Assembly (NCBI GenBank): GCA_964016885.1
Contig: CAXHJY010000787.1
Span: forward strand, 1 to 19,860
Direction of reading: 5' to 3'
Length of the DNA stretch: 19,860 bases
Origin: Eledone cirrhosa
Lineage: Eukaryota
Below, in pieces: positions 9,833-19,860 of the stretch; within the stretch, counting starts at the first letter, position 1; every line of letters starts with the position of its first letter. Under the pieces are notes generated by a model that saw nothing but the letters and a program-made list of their open reading frames with translations, was not told the DNA's origin and searched no databases. A program made the position numbers and the translations under genes.

Positions 9833-10040
9833 CCCTTTAACATTTAAACCTGCTGTATCCTGCCAGAATTCTCTCACATCTTTCTGTTCAAATTGGCTGT
9901 AACTAGTCACTCATACTTATGTTAAAGTATTGTTCTCAAAATAGATAATTTCAAGATCTTATAGATTTGATATTATGTGAGATAAAGCCTTTACTGTGAA
10001 AATACAGTAGTAAATATAGAGTAATGTAAATGTTAAAGGG
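9833..10040. mobile_element. piggyBac-like MITE (TTAA target duplication)
   Basis: TTAA at 9829-9832 and 10041-10044, with a perfect 14-bp TIR CCCTTTAACATTTA. A second copy lies at 17274-17618. Confidence 0.88.
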
Positions 10041-10272
10041 TTAAATAATAACTTGGCTGCTGGAGTAGGTTTTTGCAAACTGAATGATGGATTGGACTAA
10101 TTGACAGTTTTGTTCAGTTTTTTGGTTGTTCATGTATTGGGGTGGTTTGGCATTGAATCATTGATGTATTTCACTTTTCTGAGGTATCCACTTGTTACCA
10201 GTACCTCATTATATGAATTTGAAATGTCATATGCATACACACACACACACGTACATATATATATATCATGTT

Positions 10273-10365
10273 CACCTGCAGAGGGACTTGAACCTGCGAC
10301 CCTCAGACCACTTAAGATATTTATACACTTAAAATCTGATGCTCTACTGACTGAGCTATATGTAC
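10273..10365 (-). pseudogene. Intron-containing tRNA-Lys(UUU)-like pseudogene; anticodon reads UUA as written
   Basis: TAGCTCAGTCAGTAGAGCA-TCAGA-TTTTAA-[20-nt insert 10309-10328]-G-TCTGA-GGGTC-GCAGGTTCAAGTCCCTC-TGCAGGTG. The D arm, anticodon stem and T loop match eukaryotic tRNA-Lys(UUU). The acceptor stem does not pair, the T stem has two mismatches and there is no oligo-T terminator. Confidence 0.8.
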
Positions 10366-10726
10366 ACATATATATTTATATATATAATACCAGTAATATA
10401 ATCCAATACATAATTTAGAATAGCTTTCATTTATCATATAATATATTAAAAATATTTCAGTTTGTATTTTTATTTTCAAAGAAATCTGTGGGGCTTCTGT
10501 ATTCTAATTTTTACAATGTGCTTTATTAAATTCTTTTTCCTTCTTAGAATGAAATGAAAATTAGATCAGATTTATTCCATGTTAAATTACAATATATCAT
10601 TTTCAATAGGTATCTATTGTTATATAAGACAATAGATAATAGAATCTATTTAATTGCATTTGTTAACGATTTGAATTTAAATCCCACTTAAGTAATTTTG
10701 CTTTTCCTTTGGGTCATTAAAATAAT

Positions 10727-10856
10727 GGTTTCTGATTTAGGCACAAGGCCAGAAATTTTGGGGCAGGGAAAAGTCGATTAAATCAACTCCAGTGCATTAC
10801 TGGTACTTTATTTTATTGACCCTTGTAAGGATGAAAGGTAAAGCTAACCTCAGTGG
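10727..10856 (-). mobile_element. SINE family B-related fragment (older subfamily)
   Basis: GGCACAAGGCCAG..CAGTGCATTACTGGTACTTTATTTTATTGACCC..AAGGATGAAAGG..AACCTC, with an extra internal segment. Confidence 0.75.
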
Positions 10857-10961
10857 GGGTGGTCAGAACTACTGGATTGTCAGTGAATAACGGGTCAATT
10901 TAATTGATTGATTGATCCTCCTACGTTTCTCTTATTGTGCTAATATTTTTCTTTTTATTGA

Positions 10962-11206
10962 TTGACAAGACCCCAGAACTTATTCACTTGCCGAGTGAGA
11001 TGAAACTCATCAGCTCAGATCAAGGAAACAATATTTCCATTGGTCTTTTCATTGCTGATACTATCTACTGGTTGTAACTCCTAGTAGAAAGAGCAACATG
11101 AAATAAAGTGTCTTGCTCAAGGACATAATGCATCACCTGATCCAGGAATCAAATTGGCAATCTCATGATTGTGAATCCAATTCTCTAACCACTAAGCCAC
11201 ACACCT
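10962..11206 (-). mobile_element. Old tRNA/CORE-type SINE with a different 3' body
   Basis: A box TGGCTTAGTGG, degenerate B box TTTGATTCC and CORE-like CCTTGAGCAAGACACTTTATTTCATGTTGCTC. Confidence 0.7.
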
Positions 11207-11231
11207 TTACTAATATTAGAAATTATTATGA

Positions 11232-11500
11232 TTCATCATCATCATCATTTTACGTCCGCTTTTCCCTGCTTGCCAGGGTGGGACGGAAACTGATTCTGGC
11301 TTGATTTCTACAGCTGGATGCCCTTCCTAACACCAACCTCATTTACAGTGAGTGCTGGGTGCTTTTTTGCCGTGGAACCTCCGGGACCACTTTGCAGTGG
11401 AATGATAGGGACCCCAGTCCCTATCATCTCATTTCTACAGCTGAGTAAACTGGAGCAATGTGAAATAAAGTGTCTTGCTCAAGGAAACAACATATCACCC
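11232..11500 (-). mobile_element. SINE family A, lacking tRNA head
   Basis: Near-identical reverse complement of about 2607-2875, with an (ATC)n tail at the left end. Confidence 0.9.
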
Positions 11501-12659
11501 AATAGACGTTAATGGATGACAGTCAAAATTCCTTTGTTTTATTTGGTTATATCTCCAAGTCCATATCCTGCTGAAGCTGCTTTGGCATTTCATCCTTTCA
11601 GACTCAGTAAAGTATGTACGGATGTACATGTCAAGTAGTAGAGTGTGATATCTTTCTCTATATTTTGTCTCCAAAATATCTGGCGTCATGTCTATGTTAA
11701 AAATCACTATTCTTGTTATGAGCTATACTTTCATTCTTTAACAGATGTATTTTTTTCCAAATTTTAACAATGTTGAATATAATGAGACTAGAAATAAAAC
11801 GACATTTTTCTTTAACTTCAAGTATTTTCATGCAACACAAATGGTTTTGGTGTCCTTGTTAGCAAGTGCTTTACATTCTGCATTTATTAAATATAGTTCC
11901 TTGGTTACTATTTTTAAAATGTCCGTGCATTATTTTTAAAATGCTTGTGATTTCACTCCCAATTTCTATAATACTATGAATTAATTTTATAAATGTACTT
12001 TTCTAGCTTCTTTAATCAATTTTTCCATGTGAGTATTATATTTAATAAATGTATATTTTTTTAGTGTTTGCATTTGGCATATCCATTAATTCAAAAACAT
12101 CATAGAATGTGTGTATGTGGTATGTGTGTGTATGTCATCATCATCATTTAATATTTTCTCTGCTAACAATATATATATTATATTATATATTATATATATT
12201 TATTTATCATATATATATATATATATCATATATATATATATATATAATATCTTCTCAATAACTCAGTTCTTTAGAATGCCAGTCTATTAAACTGTCACAT
12301 GAGGGTTCAAATCTCTCTGGGATTGAAATGATGTTTATTTTATACTTCCCAATAGTATATATTCATTATACTTTGGGTGCAATTATACATGACCTATTGC
12401 TTCTTAACTGGTCATATTTCTTTTAACATCAAAGTATCTTGGCAGCAATTTAAAGCTACAGTTCCCAACATTTTCTCAAGTCAAACCCCATTATTACTTA
12501 AGAACAAAAATAGATGTAGGTTCCCAAGAAAGAGAAATACCTTCATTAAGAAACTAAAATGAGAAAACAAGAAAATCAATCAGTTAAAATATTGCCAGCA
12601 GTAGTACTTTCATTTAACAGTAGTAACAACTACTGAATAAAAAAAAAAATGATCATTGC

Positions 12660-13679
12660 CAGAGCAGCCTGGAGACTATCATTAATATATAAAAGCCTGC
12701 TAAGAAAATGCATTCCTCTAGCTAATCTCTGAAGAAAATCACTGGATGCAGAATATATACTTGAACATTACCTAACCCAGTGTGTCATTACAGTTTTCGA
12801 AAAGGGAAATAAGTTGCAGTAAATTACTATCTGATCTTACTTACCTCTCATATAATTAAACTATCGAAGGTGGTAGTGGAAGCAAGAAAAACTGCTTTCC
12901 TCGAAAACATCAATTTCTAATACAATTTTCATAGTGATAGAGACTATTTAACACTCCTCCAATGACATTTTAAATGGTTTGGGAAATGGTTCCAACACAG
13001 ATGTCATGTACTTTGACTTAAGTAACACCTTCAACAGAGTTGGTCACAATATTTTACAAAAACAAAACAAACAAAAAACTATTTGTCATTGAAATTTGTG
13101 AAAAGTGGCTACAGTGGATTTAGTGTTTCCTGGAAAACAGAATCCAATATGGCCTCAATGGAGCCCATCCAAACCCAGCAAAAGGCATTAGTGGTGTCTT
13201 GTAAGGTTATGGATGGGGGCAAACTTCTCTGCATGAATTGGCAGTATCAGTAGAGGGTCGGATGCCATGCTTTGCAGCATAGAGTTACGGGCCTTTATGA
13301 TCTGAGTTCAAATCCTGCTGAGGTTAACTTTGCTTTTTATCCTTAAGGGATCGATAAAATAAAGTACCAGTAATGCACTGGGATAATTGCTGGCCTCGTG
13401 CCAAAAGTAGAAACAATTATTAATATAAATGACATCACAAATGTCATCAAATAGAGTAAAATATACATTTCTGCAGATGTCTTTAAGCTTTAGTAGTTCA
13501 TCAATGAACTACGAGACTGGACAGAAATTCTATCTGATCTGTCTACTGTGATCCACTTGGAAGAAAAAGACAATGTACTTCTAAATAAGGAGAAATTTAA
13601 GTTCATCTACTTTGAAAAAGAGGATGTACTTTAACAGCCATACCATCTTCCTGTGGGAAAACCTTCCATAGTTATAAAT
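12660..13679 (+). mobile_element. Decayed CR1/Jockey-group LINE reverse transcriptase, split by a SINE
   Basis: RKSLDAEYI..VFEKGNK..LTSHIIK..DVMYFDLSNTFNRVGHNIL..LQWI*CFLENRIQ..ISGVL*G [SINE] INDITNVIK..ISADVFKL..LLNKEKF. This is collinear with the DFSKAFD / SGVPQG / YINDI / FADD motifs. Confidence 0.85.
13233..13420 (+). mobile_element. SINE family B inserted in the CR1-type RT
   Basis: TGAATTGGCAGTATCAGTAGAGGGTCGG..GAGTTCAAATCC..AAAAGTAGAAACAATTAT. Confidence 0.9.
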
Positions 13680-13870
13680 GAAAAAGCACCCAGCACTCAC
13701 TGTAAATGAGGTTGGTGTTAGGAAGGGCATCCAGCTGTAGAAATCAAGCCAGATCAGTTCCTGTATGAGCAAGGCATGGTCAGCCGACCAGACACTGCCC
13801 ACAACAGGACAACCCGTTTAACCCATGCTAGCGTGGAAGAATGGACGTAAAACGGTGATGATGATGATGA
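13680..13870 (+). mobile_element. Young RTE LINE 3' end
   Basis: Differs from 3630-3818 at three positions by my comparison and has a (GAT)n tail. Confidence 0.92.
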
Positions 13871-15200
13871 GTCTTCTCATAAAGCAATTCATGGTAGCAA
13901 GATATTATGTCTAAAAGAAACTCTCTTTGCTTTCCAGCTCCTCTCCCAGTTAGTTATTTTCAGTAAAGTATTTCAGGATTTCTTTATTTGGAATAATGCA
14001 GTTACTGAGGAATTCAATAGTAACAATTCTTTTTAGTATGATTGGTTCTACAGAAGGGTCTTCAAGTTCATTTTGAATATGTTGCTCAGCTATGTCCTGC
14101 AGCTCTTCAACATAAATTTTTACTATCAGGCTCTATTGATTCCTTGAAATGTTCCACAGGTTTTGCATTCTCTGTTTATTGGCTAACCCAACAATGTTAT
14201 TGATCACTGCTGTGTCAAATTTTAAAAAGTCATTACATACTTCTGATCATAGCTTCTTCCAAGTTCTTCTCAAGCTTTGATAATATGGTAGTTTTACCCA
14301 AGGTCCCTGGTAGATTGTTTATCTTAGCTATTTGTTTCTTTAACCTCTTTAGTACCGTAGACAAGATAATTCGTCCTAACATGTATGCATTCCAGTGCCA
14401 TGGGCGAGTTAACTCATCCTAACATGTTTGAACTCTTTTCCAACAGTCATAATTTCAAAGTTACCAACTCTTTTCCAAAAGTTCATAACTTCAAAGCTAG
14501 ATGGGGTTACTAGTTTATTGATGTGACGTTTGTCAATCATTCAGATATGTGTTGTTAATAAATGTTTGTTTAAAAAAATAGTCATGTTACTGAAAAAAAA
14601 AACCTGCACAGCAACTGTAGCTGTATAAAATATATGCAGCAGTCAACAGGTTAAGAAGTTGTTTGCATGATCAATGAAGATAGAAGACCATGACATAAGA
14701 AATTACATTCTGATCCATGGGTTGGTGTCAAAAAAGAGGTGTCTTGTTTGGTTTCTAAATCACTAACCAATGAATTTATATTTCCTTAATTTATCATGAG
14801 GCCTATGAATGATAAACATTCACTAAGGTATTATTGCTAAACATTAGTGTAAACAGTCTGTTCTGACCTTCAAATAACAAGGGATTTTTTTTTCTTCTCT
14901 GAAAATAAAAGTGTGGAATGTAATTATTTTCTCGAAAAACATCTGTTTCATCTACCTTGAATACAAGTCATGAAGAGTAGCTACCATGCTCCACGACACT
15001 CTTAAGAGCCTGGGGAAATTTTCTTGGTTGCCTGGAGGTCACTACTTGCAGCTCCAGACAGAATTGTATAGGTTCAGCTGTCATTTCAATCTTTAAAACC
15101 GACCTCTGCTTACTATGTATGTATCTGAATTATTTCCTTCTTGCAAGTCCTTGGTTTTGTATAAGTTGCATTTTGTTGCCACCCATAAGTACACCTTCCA
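13871..15200 (-). mobile_element. Decayed Tigger/pogo (DDE_1-type) transposase
   Basis: Minus strand gives VSRGRF*RLK*QLNLYN..GAASSDLQA..KFPQALKSVVEHGSYSS*LVFKVDETDVF..QPMDQNVISY..KQLLKE..RTWKKL*SEVCNDF..DIISCYHELLYEK, matching the NVDETG / QPMDQGVI / AWKKLWP motifs. TIRs were not found. Confidence 0.85.
14344..14650. mobile_element. TTAA-flanked insertion (degenerate piggyBac-like MITE) inside the Tigger ORF
   Basis: TTAA at 14340-14343 and 14651-14654. The ends CCTCTTTAGTAC and CCTGTTGACTGC (reverse complement) match at 8/12. Removing the insert restores KQLLKETN. There is an internal ~35-bp duplication at 14431-14499. Confidence 0.7.
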
Positions 15201-15615
15201 TTTTTTTATAAATATTTATTCCTTTATGGTGGTGGGGTAGATAGATGGTTTCGCCAATAGTATGGGGGGAAGGCACTCACCAGTGTCAGAAAAGGGGTAG
15301 GGGCTGCGGTGATAGATAAAATAGCTAAGGCCAGTAGTGAAGGGGGTCCACAGGGGTGGAGAGAGTAGCCCCTAGCATGCAATAGTGAGGATATCTAAGG
15401 GCTTTAAAAGAACAGCTAAGGAATGATACTAGAGGTGACATGGATGGGGGTGGGGGTGTGCTGTGGTGGGGAGAATTGCTACTAGGAACTGCTAGTGGAA
15501 GGGTGGGAGTACATGGAGATGGGTCAAGTCACATCTTATTCTGGTGGCTGGGTCTTCAACACCACAGCATAGCACCAACCCTCATGGTCATTTGTCATAT
15601 AACATATATATATAT

Positions 15616-15761
<146 letters not shown>

Positions 15762-15764
15762 TTA

Positions 15765-15990
15765 TTATCAAATGAAAACAAGATACTACAACATACAGAG
15801 TTTCAAGGAGGGGTTCACAGCTATTCTCCCCCCCCCCCCCTGAAAATATAGAAGATAAACGTGGAATGGATATCAGCACATTCATGAAACCTCTGAACAA
15901 CCTGCTGTATAAAATAGTTGACAAGACTACATGCCAGCAGGGAACATAGTCTGGTGTTGTTATCGCCATCTATCTCATTTATCATGTACT
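15765..15990 (+). mobile_element. Decayed CR1-type LINE ORF2 C-terminus
   Basis: KTRYYNIQSFK..GSQLFS..PENIEDKRGMDISTFMKPLNNLLYKIVDKTTCQQ resembles the GPQLFNxLP..FKxxLDxFLxxVPDEP terminus (recalled consensus). Confidence 0.6.
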
Positions 15991-16565
15991 GTAAAATGTC
16001 AGCTTTCTTACTAAACATATTTTATATTTATTCACTGAATAGTTAAATGATAGCTATAAAAACTGGAGCCCTGACTGCAGTGATGGTAGGTGCCAACATG
16101 GCATAATTCTTTTCCTGATTGAGGAATGTAAGTCACTAATCTAGGACACTACATATTGTGACCTGTTCTCCAGTGCTAAATTCAATGCTCTGGCCTCAAT
16201 CACTAGAAGAGTGGAAGATAACTAAATACTGGGCTTTGATTGGTTGTTTCCAAACCTCCAGTGTTCTCAATCCCTTGACTGCCATTTTCCTCTGAGAAAA
16301 TCAAAAAGAGGGCATCTTGCTTGAGAAAGGAAACCTGTGAGGTGGAATGGCTGATGTAGCGGTCATCACTGCCTGTTCTCTGTGGCGCTGGGTGCAAGTT
16401 AGATGTAGCACCCAGCCAAAAGTGTAAAGTTTTCCCTCACCTTCTCTCTTCCCACTTTCCTTGCACCTCATTTTCCCTTCTTTTCTCTTTCATCCTATTT
16501 TTAAAGCCATACAATTGAATATGGAATTTGACTCAATAACACACGTTGTAAAAATATATTTTAAA

Positions 16566-16758
16566 ATAATTGTTTCTACTTTTGGCACAAGGCCAGCAAT
16601 TACCCCAGTGTATTACTGGTACTTTATTTTATCGACCCCGTAAGGATGAAAGGCAAAGTTAACCTCGGCGGGTTTTGAACTCAGATCAAAAAGGGCCGTC
16701 ACTCTATGCTGCAAAGCATGGCGCCCGACCTTCTGCTTATACTGCCAATCCACTGCCC
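16566..16758 (-). mobile_element. SINE family B, near full length
   Basis: Direct match to 3004-3180, e.g. ATAATTGTTTCTACTTTTGGCACAAGGCCAGCA and GGATGAAAGGCAAAGTTAACCTCGGCGGG. Confidence 0.9.
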
Positions 16759-16760
16759 TT

Positions 16761-16997
16761 TATTTAAAAATAATGATAGTATATTTAAAAATAATGATAG
16801 TATATTTAAAAATAATGATAGTATATTTAAAAATAATGATAGTATATTTAAAAATAATGATAGTATATTTAAATATAATGATAGTATATTTAAAAATAAT
16901 GATAGTATATTTAAAAATAATGATAGTATATTTAAAAATAATGATAGTATATTTAAATATAATGATAGTATATTTAAATATAATGATAGTATATTTA
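16761..16997. repeat. 21-bp AT-rich minisatellite x11.3
   Basis: TATTTAAAAATAATGATAGTA, with an A>T variant in units 6, 10 and 11. Confidence 0.95.
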
Positions 16998-17273
16998 CAA
17001 AAGTATCACAATATTATTTACAAAACATTGAAAAAATTGGTCGGTTCTTATTTTAATAACACATGAAAATGATTCAGAAATAATATAAAACCAAAACAGA
17101 AACTGCAAAATGTACTTAACTTCTGTTATATATTGCTATGTACATTAATTTATGTATATACATTACTCTAAGTGCATACATCTTTTAAAATTTTACTTGT
17201 TTCAATAAATTTTCGCATTGGAAATAGCAAACAAGCATTACACTTATAACCCTCAACTCAATACATCATTTAA

Positions 17274-17618
17274 CCCTTTAGTATTTGAACCATGCTTCCC
17301 GAGATCCGCCAACACTACAGCTAACACATACACACATGTACTTCCCTGACATTTGTGTATTATTCTATGTACTATATTGACGAGTTGTAGTGCACCTGAG
17401 CACTTTACACAATAATTTCATTATATTATATTATATCCGGCCAGAATTCTCTCTCATCTTTTTGTTCAAACCAGCTGTAACTTATGTTAAGGTATTGTTC
17501 ACAAAATAAATAACATCAAAATCTCGTAGATTCAATATTATGTGAGATAATTATGTAAGGTAAAGCCTTTACCACAAAAATACAATAGTATATATAGAGT
17601 AATGCAAATGCTAAAGGG
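17274..17618. mobile_element. piggyBac-like MITE, second copy, carrying a nested insertion
   Basis: TTAA at 17270-17273 and 17619-17622. The TIR CCCTTTAG(T/C)ATTTG matches at 13/14, and the body aligns with 9833-10040. Confidence 0.85.
17292..17435 (+). mobile_element. Probable retroposon 3' end nested in the MITE
   Basis: Absent from the 9833 copy. It ends GTGCACCTGAGCACTTTACACAATAATTTCATTATATTATATTATA, a small hairpin plus a simple-repeat tail. Confidence 0.6.
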
Positions 17619-18104
17619 TTAATATATGTGCAATATATCATTTAATGTAATGTTAAAATCATTTTATATATTTTTATATAAATGCTTCCTGTTGAAATGG
17701 AAGTAATGGTCACAGCTGAAACAATTTTTACTTTCACCCTTTCGATTTTTACTAAATATTTGTTCACTTCATTATATCTTTAGGTTTTATTATTTTAATA
17801 TATATTTATGGGTTACATAATAGCTCGCCTTTTAAGTTTGCTACTTATTATTTATTTATGACATCTTCATTACTTATTTATGCTCTCACTTTATTTATTA
17901 CTAATAGTGTTAACTAGCATTGACGTAGTGTCAAATATATACAGATAAATATTCTTTTATTCATTTAGTTTTTATTTTTAGTAATATATATGGTAATTTT
18001 TTTTAAAATATAAAGTTCTTTAAACACACACACACTGATTAGCAAGCATACACTTATAGTCTTGATTCCACACACACATACACTGGCTCACAATTATTGA
18101 TATT

Positions 18105-18428
18105 CGTGTGATGTGTTGTTTCCTTGAGCAAGACACTTTATTTCACATTGCTCCAGTTTACTCAGCTGTAGAAATGAGATGATAGGGACTGGGGTCCCTA
18201 TCATTCCACTGCAAAGTGGTCGTGGAGGTGCCACGGCAAAAAAGCACCCAGCCCACACTGTAAAGTGGTCGTGTAGGCGTCACGGAAAAAAAGCACCCAG
18301 CACTTACAGTAAATGAGGTTGGTGTTAGGAAGGGCATCCAGCTGCAGAAATCAAGCCAGAATCAGTTCCCGTCCCACCCTTGCAAGCAGGGAAAAGCAGA
18401 CATAAAAATGATGATGATGATGATGATG
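18105..18428 (+). mobile_element. SINE family A, lacking tRNA head, with one extra ~50-nt module
   Basis: Matches 2606-2886 plus the second CACTGTAAAGTGG..GCACC unit also seen in the LINE at 3595-3640. Confidence 0.9.
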
Positions 18429-19046
18429 TGCATATGTAAGTTTGTAAGTTTGTGTATGTTGATATCTGTCTATAGATTTACACCAACTAAAAACTATGCT
18501 TTTTTTATGCTCTATAACATTAGTTTGATAAATAAAGACTGATAAAATAAGTACAGGAGCTGCTATGATCAACTAAACCCTTGAAGACTGTGGCCCAACA
18601 TAAAGAATTGATGTAATGTTACCACATTGGTCTGGATAACCAAAGATGTGGGTTTGACTCCCATGTACGTCAATACTCATCCTTTTCCATTCAGAGAGTT
18701 TTAATAAATCCCCACTATCAGACTAACTTCTTTAGACAAAACACGGCATAAGCTTATATTTCTACTCTATTTCAAATTTTGCTCTGTTTCAAAACAAACT
18801 TGCTTTGTCTTTATATATATATATATATATATATATTGGTTAAAATTCCTTTTAACTGAAGAGTGCTCGACTTTAAAGGGCTGGAAGGTGCCAATCTCAT
18901 ATAAATGTAGAATATGCTACAATCTCATTCCCTTGGGAGCTGTATAAGTGTTGAAGTTTCCGTTGAAAAAGTCAGAAAAAAAATATATATATATATATAT
19001 ATATACTATATACACACACACACACACACATATATATATCTGATGT

Positions 19047-19321
19047 GGTGATGTGTTGTTTCCTTAAGCAAGAACTTTATTTCACATTGCTCCAGTTTAC
19101 TCAGCTGTAGAAATGAGATGATAGGGACTAGGGACTAGGGTCCCTATCATTCCACTGCAAAGTGGTCGTGGAGGTGCCACGGCAAAAAAGCACCCAGCAC
19201 TCACTGTAAATGAGGTTGGTGTTAGGAAGAGTATCCAGCTGTAGAAATCAAGCCAGAATCAGTTCCCGTCCCACCCTTGCAAGCAGGGAAAAGCAGACGT
19301 AAAATGATGATGGATGATGAT
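19047..19321 (+). mobile_element. SINE family A, lacking tRNA head
   Basis: Matches 2608-2886, with a 7-bp duplication GGGACTA in the hairpin and a (GAT)n tail. Confidence 0.9.
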
Positions 19322-19860
19322 ATATATATACAAACAAGGAAGTTTTGTTTACATATGAAAAATATTTGTGTATCGACTTGTTATGTGCGTTTCACAGAGG
19401 ATTGGCTGAAGGTAACCCATAGGAGTTCTGGACCCAACTCCAGTATCGATCTGTTCATCATGCATAGAGTGCTTGATTTAGGTACCAACACCAGTATTTT
19501 ACTGTACTACCCCACACTATATATATATACTCATAGACTGTTAACTGGTCCCTGATCAATGAGGTATTATTGGCTCTATGATCTCTACTCTATGTACTAC
19601 ATGTTATACAACCTATTGTCACATTGTTTTCAACTTTTGTCCTACTTAGTGGCTTCATTAGGGACTAATGGTATGAGCCTAGGGAAGGTATACAACCAAA
19701 AATACCACAGCCCAAGTTTACACCATACACCTTATAAATAGTGAGTGTGTGTGTGTACAGGCATCCATCCATATAAGTACATACATCAACATGTAAATAT
19801 ACACACCCATACATATATAAACTTAACTCAAGCAAGCATAAGGACACGATTGCGAAGTTT

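Noticed and set aside
10980-11020. CTGATGAG on the minus strand
   Set aside because: No stem II closed by GAAA, and the related copy near 7700 lacks the core.
11556-11620. Apparent plus-strand exon (AG..PYPAEAALAFHPFRLSK..GTATGT)
   Set aside because: It aligns by eye to the SINE family B core (TTTGCCTTTCATCCTT..TAAA..GTAC), so it is a decayed repeat. Exonisation cannot be shown.
16070-16440. Higher-GC segment with ORF 16203-16397, possibly a LINE remnant or exon
   Set aside because: No motif I could identify with confidence.
16706-17066. Repeat-protein ORFs (FKNNDSI)n and (MIVYLKI)n
   Set aside because: Consequence of a stop-free 21-bp minisatellite. One ORF starts inside a SINE.
18856-18960. 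CTGAAGAG hammerhead core start
   Set aside because: No complementary stem II strand followed by GAAA downstream.

Overview
AT-rich, microsatellite-rich eukaryotic non-coding DNA. The repeat families resemble, from recall, those of octopod cephalopods, so the organism is an inference. I find no supportable host-gene exon: the ORF track is explained by transposon fragments, SINEs and simple repeats. The window is a layered transposon landscape: decayed RTE and CR1-type LINE reverse transcriptases, a young RTE 3' end with a partner CORE-type SINE family, a second tRNA-derived SINE family, a decayed Tigger/pogo transposase, TTAA-targeting MITEs and several minisatellites. The most notable signals are RNA-structural. 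They are a minimal Penelope-type hammerhead ribozyme (1377-1429, minus), an intron-containing tRNA-Lys-like pseudogene whose anticodon reads UUA as written (10273-10365, minus), and a covarying tandem GNRA-hairpin/pseudoknot module in the RTE 3' UTR that is shared with the SINE. All assignments were made by eye, without database searches.
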